From Convolutriloba macropyga (Eukaryota): DNA of 64,000 bases. This document shows positions 36,818 to 50,300 of this stretch, one piece after another. The stretch spans positions 15,438,001 to 15,502,000 of the forward strand of contig NC_134482.1 of NCBI RefSeq assembly GCF_964194025.1, given 5' to 3'. The notes under the pieces were generated by a model. That model did no database searches, was not told the DNA's origin, and saw nothing but the letters and a program-made list of their open reading frames with translations. The position numbers and the translations under genes were made by a program. The number at the start of each line of letters is the position of its first letter. Within the stretch, counting starts at the first letter, position 1.

Positions 36818-37721
36818 TGTTGGCGGTACTTCAAATCAGCAACAAAAGCCATCAGACAGCAAGAAATAGCCTCTGATAATGACGAGACTTAGAATTTGTC
36901 AAATCTCAAAATGGTCAAAACTGAAATGTTTTACAATTTGGGATCGAAATTTGGTACACCACCCGAATTTTTGAAGGGAAAACCTGAGCAACCCGAGAAT
37001 ATGGCACAAGTTTAACCTCTGAGCTACTCATGAACCCAACGAAGGCTATTGCATCAGACACACAAGTGTTGCTATTAGCCCTTTTATGGTGCAAAATAAA
37101 GATTTTCCAATATTTTGTCATTTATCGTTAAGTTTCCTCAGTTGTTTATTTTATGATACTTTAGGTGTTCATTATAGGCCAAATAACGTACATTCGAGGC
37201 GTTTAGAGCCACTCAAAAAACATCCGTGCTTATGTCAATAAAAATAAATATTGCAGTAATTTGACATTTAATATGTAAACAATGACAAATAACCCAAATG
37301 TGTGAATATTAAAACTATATTGTATTCAGAACCATTAGAAGCTTTTGCCAAGAGCAGTTGGCTCTCAGATTAGACTAAAAATTGATTCTTTATCAACTTT
37401 GGTCTTTTTTTAAGTTTTCCTAGATTTTGAGATCTTGCGAGTTTTAAGTTAGTTGAGATTACCTGACGAGAAGTTAGCAACAATAATAGCTACTGGTTGA
37501 AGCCTTACAAACTTCAGCACGAGATTGAACATAGATTCTCACTAGGGGTTTTCTTAACTTCAATCAACAAAATTAAAATTGTGGTCCCTTACGTCCGAGC
37601 GACTAATTATTTCGACGAGATTCTGAGTCAATCGAACCCAGTGGAGAACCAGTCCGGCGTAAAGCTGGAGAACCAGGCTGTGAGATATCGGTTCCGCTGA
37701 GTTTTATGAGCAGCCGCAACA
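36818..37721 (+). mobile_element. Probable 3' LTR of the BEL/Pao element (~904 bp)
   Basis: A purine-rich tract (AAAAATACGGACGGCGA) directly precedes TGTTGGCGG; the putative end CCGCAACA is its near-perfect inverse (TGTTG...CAACA); internal AATAAA at ~37237. No 5' LTR seen. Confidence 0.6.
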
Positions 37722-38309
37722 AACCAGCAAGTAAAATTTTTAGAGCATTAGTTGTTGACCTAAGTGACTCATACAATGCATGGGGATCTGAAAACCATGG
37801 GTTTAGTTCGCTATTTAGTGCAAAAGTTTAAAACATGGTGAAACATATTTGTACTATTATTTTTTATTCTTTTCTTGTCGCTTTTTCTAAACGAGCTGCT
37901 GGAAAAATCAACCGAGAAAATTTCTATTTACAATACCTTTATAACTGATGAAAGATCAAAGAAAGAAGTGAAACAGTTTCTTATTCTGTTGTAGTTTTGT
38001 ACAAATATTCGAAACTCTAAAAAGATAATTAGACTGAATCCAAAGTTACAAAAACTTTAGACCAGTTTTGTCGCCCGACAGAATCACGTTTTTTGTCGCA
38101 TTGTTTACCTTTTTTAGTGTTGCTGGTGCTAACTTGCAGCCCATGCTGATAAATTACCTGAGTTATTGTCTCATTTAGTTCACAGGAAAAAATAAGAAAA
38201 AATATACAAAATAATGTTTATTGACTCATGACTTGACATAACGCCCTATGACACGAATTTACGGGCTTGTTTTTCGAATTTGCGCTATATATTCAGACGT
38301 ATTAGGAAT

Positions 38310-38425
38310 ATGATTCGTTTATACGGATTCGATTTGACGTATAACCGAATCATTTCGTAGCGAAACGATTAACCGAATCATAACCGAATCATAACCGAAT
38401 CATAACCGAATCATTCGGTTTGACG
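38310..38425. repeat. 11-bp minisatellite (ATAACCGAATC)n within a small palindromic element
   Basis: About 5 copies of TAACCGAATCA with inverse ATTCGGTT/GATTCGTT units alongside. Confidence 0.8.
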
Positions 38426-39399
38426 TAGCGATTTTATGACTAGAAATAGTGCGAAAAAAGTGGGATCCAGGCCGTGTAATTTACGTCGAGGAGGGTACTT
38501 TTCCGTGAAAATATGTGTCGAATCATTTTCCAACCACTTCAACCCGGGCTGTGTGTACCGCAACTACTACGGATCAACAAAGTAACATCTCTCATCTGAT
38601 GAAATATTGGTTCAAAATGTGATCTCAGTTAACTAAAAATAGCCTTAGTAATAGTTAACTAAAAACTACTCCTAGTTAAATAAAAATAGCTAATTTAAAC
38701 GATCCTGAAAAAGAACACTTTTATTCAAAAAGTTGGCTTGCTTAAATTGTACATCTGCTTTAAAACAGTGTTGGTTTTCTAAAAAAAAATTTGACTGGCC
38801 TAAAAAAAATATTTTTAGGAACAAAATTCGTTTTGTTGGTTTATTTAACTCCTACAAAAAAAATTAGACGAGCAAAACAAGAAACTCTTGATGATTTATA
38901 CTCACATACAGTCAGGAGTTTGGTTCTCACTAATGCTTTCAATTAAGTAATTTCTTGGCGTGTCTGGAGCAAATTTATAGCTTCAAAATTTCATTTGCTT
39001 ATTTCGTACAAAACGAAAGTGACATCCAACTTTTTTAAACATTAAAAAACAAAGATTTGATCATAAAGATTCTTGAAACAGTTGAATGCTTACCCAATAA
39101 TTTTGATTGCATTTTATCGACTACTGTACTATTCATTAGAATAGTTTGATAAATAGTTCTGCCAATTTACCAATTTGGTTTATTTGGAGAACCTCTTGAG
39201 ACGTTTAACAATAAGCTGTTTTATAAAATTATTTCGTTTAGTTTGTATGAAACGATGAAATCCAAGTTTTTTTATATATTAACTAAACTAAAAATTTTTA
39301 TTGAAACAGACTATATGTACACTGGATAGCTTCCCCACACATTTGGTTGCATTTGGTCAACTACCTAACTAGCTTGAAAACAACTAATTTTAGTAGTTA

Positions 39400-40560
39400 T
39401 TCCACTTACTTCGTAACAAACCAAAGAGAAAGACATCTTTTTTCTCAATAAAGCTATACCCAATTTTCTGAATGATTCGGAGTCTACAAACCTTTATGGA
39501 AATTCACAGATATCATTGAACCTCGCAGTAATCACAAAGACATTCGGCCGTGGCATTTGTGCTCAAGTGTTCAAGACCACAATTCAAGACCTTTTTTCCA
39601 GAAAACAACAATATAAAAACTTTTGAGTGATGTTTGCATCTGTTTTTCTAATGTGCAAGTCACACAACAAAAACACTCAGCCCCAGTTCAAAAACAGTTT
39701 CAAGCAAACCTATAAGTGCTTCCTCACTGGTACAGGTAGTTGCCTTGACTATATCCAAGCAGCTTTGACCCATCTGTTACTATAGAAACCAGTCTGCAAT
39801 CGAAACTCAGAACAACTCAGTACTTCTGCAACGAAACACACGTCTTGATGAGACATATCACTACTGATCACGTCTCATCTCAAGTCTTAAGACTTTTGAA
39901 GCCATGTCAAGATTTCCTCAAAACTTGTCAAGTCTAACTCAATTCTTGGCCAACAGTGGGCAGGTCATGAGTCAAGTCTTGATCAAGACTTGGCAAGTCT
40001 TGAGTCAAGCCTCTCAAGACTTGACTCATGACTTGCTAAGACTCAACAATTAATTTAAAACGTGCCAAGTCTAAAAACAACATTATCAGAGCTCTGATAC
40101 GGTACTGATCCAAGACTTGCTTTTTCATTATCTCAGTAGTGAGTAAAACTCGACATTCAATCTGGGAATAGATGTGAACGCAAAAATTCGGCCATACTTT
40201 TTTATGCAATATTAATGAAAATCCCATTAATCAAGGATTACGTCAAATGGGCTTCTAAACTTAATAAAAACGATTGATCAAATTTAGCTCACTCCATGAC
40301 GTTTGAGAGCTGAAACCAGTGATCAAATTGCCTCTCAGATTTTTAGATCTGCCTTGAAATAGATTCCAAAGCCATACACAAAAACAACTGTTTTGGCTAT
40401 GTATTTAAGAAACTGTTAGCAATGATCAAGCATCGATTTTTCCCATCTTTTAAGTGTACTAAACAATCAACTTTTCATCATTATCGATGAAACGTTAACA
40501 AACAGCTCAAAATTTTGAAAATTTGGTTCAATGATTATACAACTGTTATTAACCGGTTAT
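39400..40560 (+). mobile_element. Possible highly decayed hAT-like transposase fragments flanking a CAAGAC/GTCTTG palindromic repeat
   Basis: Only short motifs: IH...SLNLAV (~39500-39530) and LFIIIDET (~40470-40495); AGACTTG/CAAGTCT units at 39880-40120. Confidence 0.3.
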
Positions 40561-41019
40561 CAAGATATATAATTTATTAGAAGATAAAACTATCGAGAGT
40601 TGAATATGGGGTCAGTTTTGGAGGTTTCACGTCTGTGAACGTAAAGTGCAATTTTTTCTTCTGCAGAAAAAATACTGGACCCTACGTCCTTTGAAACTCA
40701 GTTCAAGACAATTCTGCTTTTTTGTGCAACTAAAACATTGACAGGTCTCAATTATTTCTGTTTTGTTCCTTTCATACCATCGGCAAACTAATTTTTTAGT
40801 TGGCCTAGACGCACTTTGTGGAAGTTATAAACAGGTTACAAAATTCTGGGATCATTGGAAATTTTTGATCGAAATAAGCTTTGTACAAAAAAAATTCTTT
40901 TGAAACATTTCTATGTATTAAATGGTTGTGGTCAAGCAAGCCGATAGGCAAGCAAGCCGGATTTTGAAAATGAGGTCACGTAAGCCGAAAAATTTTGGGA
41001 TACCCCTATTTTAAGTTGC

Positions 41020-41141
41020 CACAGGGAAGGCCGATGGGCGCGCTTCGCCGCGATAAACGGCCCGGGGTTTCCGGATTACATCCCACAGCGGATGAGAGGC
41101 ATGGCCATCGACAGCGGTCCGCTGAGGCCCGTACCCACTAG
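41020..41141 (+). mobile_element. GC-rich Helitron-like 3' terminus (hairpin plus CTAG)
   Basis: CAGCGGTCCGCTG hairpin 13 nt before CTAG (41138-41141). The next base is A rather than the canonical T. Confidence 0.4.
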
Positions 41142-42039
41142 ATGTCTAAATATTGACGTATTTTAGTTTCTTTGGTGCGTTGGAATACATTATGCACTAT
41201 AATACTACGCGCAGTATTGATTGTAACGGCTAACAATATATTATTTCTGATAAATTACATAACTATTACATAACTTTCGGCTTGCTTTTCTGTCCGCTTA
41301 TCTTTACTTCGGCTTCCTTTGCGTTCGCCGTTTGTAACATCAGCGAACAGTTTGTGAGAATGTTATTATGGAGAGTAGTGGACACTCAATCCATGTGAAT
41401 GAATGTGTTTCAAGATGGTCTGATAAAATGGTAAAAACTGAGCACCTGAATGAAGGAAGAATAGGGTTTATATGTTAACAATTAATAAAAGTTGTTCTTA
41501 TTATTTCAAAGAAATTTAGTGGAACAAGCTAAATTCCACTGCTTTATACCTTGTTGTGTAGCTCATGAAAGGATCAAATCTCTGTTTAAAGGAAACTAAA
41601 TCTCAGATACTTCTTCGCAACTTAAAACTGGGTCCGTTTTATTCTGAGTAATATTGCAAGCTCAAACAGAATGCTTTTTTTTCACTTTAGATTGAAAGAA
41701 AAATTACTTTGAATCTGAAATTTTACCTGCCCAATTTTTTACGGCAAAAGTGATCATGATTAAAACTTATAAAAGATCCGTATAAACAGGTTGCGTGTTA
41801 TCTTTCCTGGCGTTCGTTAGCATCCTGGAAACACAATCTTCCGTTAACTATCGGAAAAAAAAATTGGTGCTACTTTTCTACCTCTGGTTGCAAAATTCCT
41901 GGAGCCTCCTCCGAAACCCCAATCAAATTAGTTCGGCGTTCTTTTTGTGGCTACAACGTTGACAAGGCCATATTACTACATTGTTAATCTACTTCTACCA
42001 TCAGAAAGTGGCTTCTTAGTTGGCCTGGGCAAATATTTT

Positions 42040-42175
42040 ACATAATTTGCGTTGAATTTAGTGTTGATCTGACATAATTTTTCGTTGACTTTAGCGTTGA
42101 TCTAACAAAGTTTTGCGTTTCTAACCGTAGATCTTACATAACTTGGGATGAATTTAGCGTTGACCATGTTTAGCG
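42040..42175. repeat. Degenerate ~32-bp minisatellite, ~4 copies
   Basis: Recurring TTTAGCGTTGATCT.ACATAATTT.GCGTTGAA. Confidence 0.7.
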
Positions 42176-42579
42176 TTAAACTTGAACAGGCATTCCAATA
42201 CTTATGATTCGAACATTTAGTGACAAAGCTAAACTTCCCTGCTTTATGCATCGTTGTATAACTTATCAAAAGATCAAATTACTTTTATAGGAAACTAAAT
42301 TTTGGTTGCTTTTTCCCAGCCTAAACAAAGCTGTGTTTTAATCTGAATGATTTTGCAACCTCGAACAGATTAATTTTTTTTCCATTTTCGATTGATGGAA
42401 AACTGATTTCGATTCTGAAGCATGCATAAACTCAAGTTACCAAATTCATACGATTTGCGACTGAAAATTTTTCAAATACGCGATGGAGTGAAAGCAAGTT
42501 AGCTTTATTCATGGCTGACTAGTTATTTGAGTTGTTCTGATTTTTCTTTTGTTGGTGGCTAATCTTTTCTTTTGTTTAA

Positions 42580-43390
42580 GCTGAGTTGAATTAATTGAGT
42601 TTGTAACAGACAGGTGTCTTTGCATTGTGCCGGGGCTGAATTATCTAATTTGGCCAAATTAAATGCTAAGAGAAAAGCGTGAAACTACTTGGGGGAGAGA
42701 TTGTTGAGAGATTTACAGACATTGTCATTTAGATTGCCCCCCTCTTCACTTCAAACTCTGACCACCACAATCACATCAGCCAAAAAATGACAAAAAGTAT
42801 GATACAAGACCGAATCGCGCCTTAGCAGAAAATTGGAGGAAAACAGAACAAAAACAACGGCGAAAAGCGACACCAAACGCACTTACAACTAAACGTACAA
42901 ATTGCTTTTCCGCAGATTTTAATATTTTTCGTTTTCCAACAAGTTAGCAGAGTTTAAAAAGCAGAAAATAAGTCAACGCTTCACTAAATTTTAAATTTTA
43001 TGCTCCTTTTTTCTAGAATTTATTTTTTGTAATTTTCATGGTGACAAGCAAAATCAAAAATAGTATCCGCATTCATCACCTCAAACGGACTTTAACAGGA
43101 AAGATTTTCGGTTAAGCGAGACAATTTTTAAAGGTATTCGGCTAACTGAGCGGCAGGCGGCGGTTACGAGTGACGATTGAATTAATGAAGCTGCGTGTTA
43201 TTGAGCTAATAGCCCATGAATTAATTGACCTCCCGGCCCGACTAGCAGTACGGATGATAGAACCGAAGAGTCATTTGAGAGAGAAAAAGAAAAAGACACA
43301 AGCAGACATATTAGCACAAAGAGCCTCCAATTTCAATTATTCGATGACTCAACGAGATGTCATGGTGAGGCGGACGGAGCGATAATTGGC
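42580..43390. promoter_or_regulatory. Candidate Vax upstream regulatory/promoter region
   Basis: Clustered TAAT/ATTA cores (GAATTAATTGA twice), perfect palindrome TAATTTGGCCAAATTA at 42646-42661, CAGGTG E-box and CATTGT Sox-like site, just upstream of the candidate first exon. Function is inferred. Confidence 0.35.
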
Positions 43391-43547
43391 CAGGCTTCTG
43401 TTAGAACAACTGTCACTTTCAGAAAACACACCACGCCAATAACATACACACGGCATGTAGGTAGACTAAAATGGCAACGGTACCACAGAAGGTGTATGTG
43501 GATTGGAGTTGGGGGGGGGGGGGGGGGGTTGAGGACTGGTTGCGAGG

Positions 43548-43704
43548 ATGGACGATGCCAAGGTCCAGGAGATAAGCCGATTTTTTTCCTACCAAAAAGG
43601 ATCTCAGAGAGAGGCAGGACGATCCGAGAGGCATCGTGGAATCAGAAACACACGGTCTGGAAAAAGAACGTGTAAGGCGTTTATAAGGCGTGTAAAAGTC
43701 CGAA
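43548..43704 (+). CDS. Vax: Candidate Vax coding exon 1 (3' boundary unresolved)
   Basis: ORF contains AFIRRVKVR, aligning with the Vax pre-homeodomain motif (YCRRILVR-D) that precedes the conserved phase-1 intron; no GT at the homologous position. Confidence 0.45.
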
Positions 43705-44324
43705 ATAAAGCATTTTCTGTCTTCGTTCTGACATCTCAGCCTGGATTGGGGTAATGAGTGATGTTGTTACTGCAGGTGTATTGCCTTGAGAGGAATTCTT
43801 ATCATACATGATTATTTAACATTATGTTGATCAATTTCTGACATATTTTCACCATCAATGCAAACCATCAATGGTCCTAAAGAGGGACTTAGGTTATAGG
43901 AACTGACGTAAGATGACTAATTGAAATATTTTCCAGTCATGTTTGCTTTGTGCATGATTGTACAAGCATTGGTAGCTATAGTTTCTTTTTTCGGTACTTA
44001 ATGAGTAATTTTTGCGCAGAAGGGGACAATGTTTAGGTCAGTTATTGATGTTTGCAGTCAACTCTGTAATGTGACTGCTGCTGTCTTTTGATCTTTTCGA
44101 TTTGTGCTGCCTCCCACACCCCCCCCCCTCCCCTCCAGTTAAGAAGCAAATGCCACCCGTGTTACCGGTCACACAAAATTCACAATAATCGAACAAGATC
44201 ATATATGACCTCCGGTAATCATACTAGTTTTTGAAAGATGTTCAAAAGAATACAAACGTAACGAATTGCTGCCTTGTTGTCAACCAGATGTGTAAATTCG
44301 GTCAAAGCATCAAAATTTGTTATA

Positions 44325-44326
<2 letters not shown>

Positions 44327-44382
<56 letters not shown>
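44327..44382. repeat. (TA)n microsatellite
   Basis: Read directly from the sequence. Confidence 0.95.
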
Positions 44383-44386
<4 letters not shown>

Positions 44387-47319
44387 ACGAATGTAATCGC
44401 CAGCGTTGCCGATCTAATTTTTTCTACCGAGTTACAAACTTCAACAATTCGATGTCACTGGCGCGTGATTTTCCCAACTATAACCCATATTCAAGTCCTC
44501 CCAAATTCAAAAGAGAAGTCAAAGAATATCTATTTGATTTAGCTAAGAAGAAGTTTAATTCAAATCATACCCATATGGATGGACAGTGTTTGAGGGAAAT
44601 CAAATTCAAGCCCCGTTAGGGACTTACTAAGCTCGGTAANNNNNNNNNNNNNNNNNNNNNNNNNNNNNNNNNNNNNNNNNNNNNNNNNNNNNNNNNNNNN
44701 NNNNNNNNNNNNNNNNNNNNNNNNNNNNNNNNNNNNNNNNNNNNNNNNNNNNNNNNNNNNNNNNNNNNNNNNNNNNNNNNNNNNNNNNNNNNNNNNNNNN
44801 NNNNNNNNNNNNNNNNNNNNNNNNNNNNNNNNNNNNNNNNNNNNNNNNNNNNNNNNNNNNNNNNNNNNNNNNNNNNNNNNNNNNNNNNNNNNNNNNNNNN
44901 NNNNNNNNNNNNNNNNNNNNNNNNNNNNNNNNNNNNNNNNNNNNNNNNNNNNNNNNNNNNNNNNNNNNNNNNNNNNNNNNNNNNNNNNNNNNNNNNNNNN
45001 NNNNNNNNNNNNNNNNNNNNNNNNNNNNNNNNNNNNNNNNNNNNNNNNNNNNNNNNNNNNNNNNNNNNNNNNNNNNNNNNNNNNNNNNNNNNNNNNNNNN
45101 NNNNNNNNNNNNNNNNNNNNNNNNNNNNNNNNNNNNNNNNNNNNNNNNNNNNNNNNNNNNNNNNNNNNNNNNNNNNNNNNNNNNNNNNNNNNNNNNNNNN
45201 NNNNNNNNNNNNNNNNNNNNNNNNNNNNNNNNNNNNNNNNNNNNNNNNNNNNNNNNNNNNNNNNNNNNNNNNNNNNNNNNNNNNNNNNNNNNNNNNNNNN
45301 NNNNNNNNNNNNNNNNNNNNNAGATGCTCATTTATAACTCCGCCGTAGCCGGTCCCCAGAATGAAGGATGGAAAAACTACCAGGAAACACAGGAAAATCT
45401 CACAAGTTTCTTTTCTTAATCAAGTTGCGATAATTTTCCAACCGTAGTTTAGCTACATTATATTATCATTTGTGTTGTTTTGCTCTGTTCTAATTGGGGA
45501 GAATTTTAGGGCCTGTTTTTTTACGGTTTGTGGAGACTCAAATCTTCTATAGTTGTTTGTTTGTAACTGCAGCTCGCATGAGAAAGGAAAGAAACGCGCC
45601 CACAACCTACTTGAAAAATCTCAAAAGTTGAATTTTCAATATGACTTGAGAAAATTCTCTGAAGCCGCCTTTTTAATCAGTTTACTCATATTCGAAAACG
45701 TTCCTGATGTTCTATGGTTTCTCGGTAATCATTCAAATACCATATATGATTTCCTGGTCATCATCCATTTATTACATATGATCTCCCTGTAACTTTACAT
45801 CGTTCATAAATGGTTTCTTGCCATTCATAGTTGTCTCATAATTGCATTCTCCATTTATGGTGTCCTGATAATCGTACAAAGATCATATACATTGCCCCGC
45901 TAATCATAATAAATCGTAAAATTTTTGGCATCAAATATGACTTGTATGGCATCTATTATGTTCTTTGTCTGATTACTGAGAATTAGCAACCCGGGAATTA
46001 CTTAGCAGTTGTGGAAAATATTACCAAGTGCTTGCCAAAACTGGATTCACTTCGAGTTATAAAGAGGAAGAGGGAAGAGACAAGGATTGGCTTAAAAGCA
46101 AAATGAGCAGCAAATTGCAATAATTCAGGATTCTCATCAATAACCATTTGAAACTATCACTTTTTGCAGTATTGTAGTAATTAGTTTTATAGGTATAAAC
46201 TGATGGTGCCAATTATGATAACAAACTTTGTTTTACGTCAATAACCTCAAAAATTGAGGAAAGATCTATTCGGATTCATTATTGAATGGCCGGTGCAATT
46301 CAAGTGTAAACTTTTTGTCATTCTGTTAATAAAAACTTTTCGACTTTTCGAGTTCTTTTAGTTAAAAACCCTGAAGCAAATTTTGCTAGAATTATCTTAA
46401 AAAGAAATATAAAGCATCAGTTTAGCCAAGATTGAGATTGGCTGCTTTATCTAGATTATTCTTATTTTCAACGACAAATTTCTTACAAGTGGTTTTTTTT
46501 GGTTGTTATAACAACCACTTGATCAATTCAAATGGAATTTTTCTGAGCAGTAGTTGCGCACGAGTAATACGATACGCTGTTATTGAAAAGTGTTCTGCAA
46601 ACATTAGAACCATTCAAATGACAAACCTTTTTTTATTATCCCTAAAAATTAAGTTTGTTTTGACTTGAATAGATAAGGTTAACTTCAAACTGAAAAGCAA
46701 ATTATTGCCAGAAATCTTGTTAAATTTCACTTCTTTTGTTTTAGTTATCCTATCATTTGTGAGGGCTGCAAAAGAAATTTGAGCAGAGATCTAAATGGCC
46801 AGGACGTTAATTTTTTAAATTTGTTATCGTACCAAAATCTAAGTCGTAGAATAGTGGATAAGAACCAAACTAACGGTTCTGACACCCTCCTAACTTTTTC
46901 TCTCCGGATCGCTCAAAAGTTGAGTTTGCTAGAACTTGGTTCCCAAATGGAGAAACAACAGGACTCCTTTTCACATGATAAGCGGCTAAAAATGCCAATC
47001 TTGAAGCTCATGCTGACAGGCTTATATTCTCATTTTTCCAGTAATTTTTCAAAACATTTTTTTGTCATTCTTTCTCGTGAATTGCAGAAATTTCTCTAGC
47101 TTGGCAGACCTAAAATGTAATTGTTTCAAAATAATCACCATCTATTTAAAACGAAATTCAGATAATTTTTCTTTTCTTAGAACATGTTCTCCTATATCTT
47201 TTGTCTATAAATTCAAGCCTTCATATTGGCAAGTCAGGATAAATCAAGTTTTCATAGCACACGCCTTTAGTAGCCTTTAGAAAAAAATGTGTTTTTTTTT
47301 CTTAGATATAGAATGGGGT

Positions 47320-50300
47320 TGCTGAAAGTCAGCTGCATAGAAAGTCAGCAGCTTAGAAAGTTGCTGAAAGTCAGCTGTAAGTCAGCTGCATAGAAATTTC
47401 ACAAATACATACACCTTTGAATTTTTGCTTCCTGAAGACAACTTATTAGTTTTTTTGCACTAATCAGAAGGCATTCATTATCTTAATTGGAATCGACTAT
47501 TCGGCACTCTTATCTGGGACTTCTTTTAGTATTCTTCATCTGGTGAGACCAATCCAATATTTTTCAAATTAACAATTGTTTCACTTTCAGGTCTTTTTTA
47601 GGTCAAAATTTTGAGTTGTTTTTTTTCTTCTCACCGTTTTTTTCGGAATGAGTCACTGGTGTATTATAACCAAGCCCAGTGTATCCAGCGACAAAATGGA
47701 AGCGGCTGTTCTAGCAAAATGGAACAAAGATAAACTCATTCAACAAATTCTAAAACAAAGAGAGAACAAAAGATCATCACTAGATACTAGTAACTTGCAA
47801 AAGGTTGAAATGACAGGACTAAAAAAAGACTTAGAAAAAAACAAGCAAGCAAATAGAGAACTCCAAACAGCTCTAGACAACAGCAAATCCCTATATGACC
47901 AAGCAATGTTTGAAATTGTTTTTTTTCAAGGGGACAAATTGAGAAAATGTTGACAAAAATTATTGATGGCAACAAAGACAAAGAAACTAAACAAGTTTAT
48001 GCCAACAGCAGACAATTTTTTCCGAAGTTTGTACCATGATTTACTAAACATCTTGTCATATCAGACAGCACGTATAAATTTGATAACACAAGGTGAAATA
48101 GGTAATGAAACTACAATACACTCATACCCTTCGACAACCATAAGTGATGTTAATAACAATATGGAGTCTTTTTCAGCTGGAACAAGACATGAAAGCCTTG
48201 TTTTTCATTTGGGACACAATGCAATTGACCAAGGTACTGATGGAAAAAGGGCAGCTGAGCAAATGGGTGACTTAGTCAGTAAGTGGTTAACTAAATTCAA
48301 GCACCATAAGGTTGCTATATGCCAAAGTCAACAAGTTAAAATTGGACTATACGGACGGGACTCGAACAAAAAGAAACTGATGATTATAACCACGAAATCA
48401 ACAGCATTGCTGACCAAATTAGAGGCGAATTCCAGTGGTCAAATGTATACGTCCTCAATTATGTTCTTGGGGCAAACGATATCAGACAAGATGGTGTGCA
48501 CCCAAACATATATGGAATTCAAAAAATAGTTACAACTTTGCGGCGGAGACACACAAAAAACATTGGATACAACTGTTCATCAAACAATATATCATTGAGA
48601 CAAATGCGTCCTAAAAGCAAAATGGAATTTTTTGGCATTCAAAAGGGGATGGAATAACTTCAATAGTCCGAATGAGTTCTGATACATTTGGGTGACTTAA
48701 TTCTTAGTTCTTTAATACAAACGTTGTATGTCTCTTTTGAAGAAAACATCAGTTTTGTTTGTAATTTTAACAATAGGCTTTGTTTGTAAAGGGGGGAAGT
48801 AGCTTTTTTCAAAAGTCACTCAAATCATACTAAAAAACCAAAATTTAATTTTTGTCAGATTTAATTTAATAACTTGTTTTCACTAGGGTTCGGTTTCATC
48901 AATATTACGTATTTATTATCCGGCATATCAATTATTCTGCAAAAAAGTGGCGATATTGAAACAAACCCTGGCCCAGCTTAAATAGAAAAATTGAAAACAA
49001 TAGACCAGTACTACAAAGAACAGAACAGAACAGACCATAATCTCAAGTTCTGGTACATGAATTGTATAATAAATATGAAAAGTTATCAAATTGTTTGACA
49101 ACTCTCGACCAGTTGTCTTTCCTAGCTGTAACCGAAACATGGATTAAAGAGAACAATACTCTTCCAGATTTTTTTTTGAGCAGTAGTCATCAATTTATTC
49201 ACCAGCCGAGATCATCATCGACTGAACTGGAAAGAGGGGGAGGTGTAGGCATATGGATACCCTAGAAGTTTTCAATCAAAATAAGAAATGACTTGAACAC
49301 CATCAACCGGAGTTTTTTGAATCACTATGGATGGAAGTAACTGAGCCTCTGAAAGAAAAATTGCACATAAATGTGGCGTATTGTTCGAACGTAAACCTTT
49401 CAAAATTCTTCCTTGATGAAATGACATTAGTAATGTCAGAAATGTCAACTGTTTTCACTAGCACTGACAATCTAATCCTGTTTGGAGATTACAACATAAA
49501 TATACTTAAAGAAATCGGGAAACAATTACTAAACAATTTCAATGCAGATAACGTGCTTCAGTATGTAAACACAAAAAAAGCAACATGGACAAATGGAGAA
49601 CAATTTTCTTTAATCGACCACTGCTTTATTTCTAAAAATCAAATTTTCGAAACGGATATAATAGAGTCAATACTTGAAAATGATCATTTCACTATTGTAT
49701 ATCAATCATCATTGAAATTAGAATGGAAGCAGCAAAAGACTGAATATTTAATGCGAGATAAAAAGAGATAGACAAGAAATAAGTTTAACCGTGATATTGC
49801 TTTGCAAGACTGGTCACTAATGTACAAAATCATTGGAGCAAATGAATTTGTTCATAAATTTATTGAAACTTTCCAAAATGTATTAAATAGTCACGCACCT
49901 TTGAAGAATATAGAAGTGGAAACAAAAAAAGAGCACAAAAAATGGCTATCAAAAGAACCGCGAAGTCTCATTAATGAAGAGCATCGTGTATTCAATGAAT
50001 GGATAAAAGATCCTAATCAAGAGCTCTTTAACAGTTACAAAGTACTTAGAAACAATGTTAATAGAAAATTGCGTTAAGCATCTGAAAATTATATAAAACA
50101 ATTTTTCGAGAATCTCCCAACTTCAAAAGAACAATGGAAATTTATCAAGAACAAAATTAATTCAAATAAACAGACAGAAAAATGCAAAGCTGAAAAAGGG
50201 TCATAACGTAATGTCTGATGAGAAAAGCATTGCTAACTGTTTGAATAATTGTTTTCCCCGTCTTGGACTTTACAGGGGCAAACTAATTGCTCCTAAGTTG

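Noticed and set aside
41085-41135. Hammerhead ribozyme (CGGATGAG...CGACA resembles CUGAUGA...GAAA)
   Set aside because: Two core mismatches, G at the cleavage position and no stem I pairing.
23569-45331. ORFs containing long X runs (around 23.6-24.4, 28.8-29.3 and 44.6-45.3 kb)
   Set aside because: Artefacts of translating across assembly gaps.
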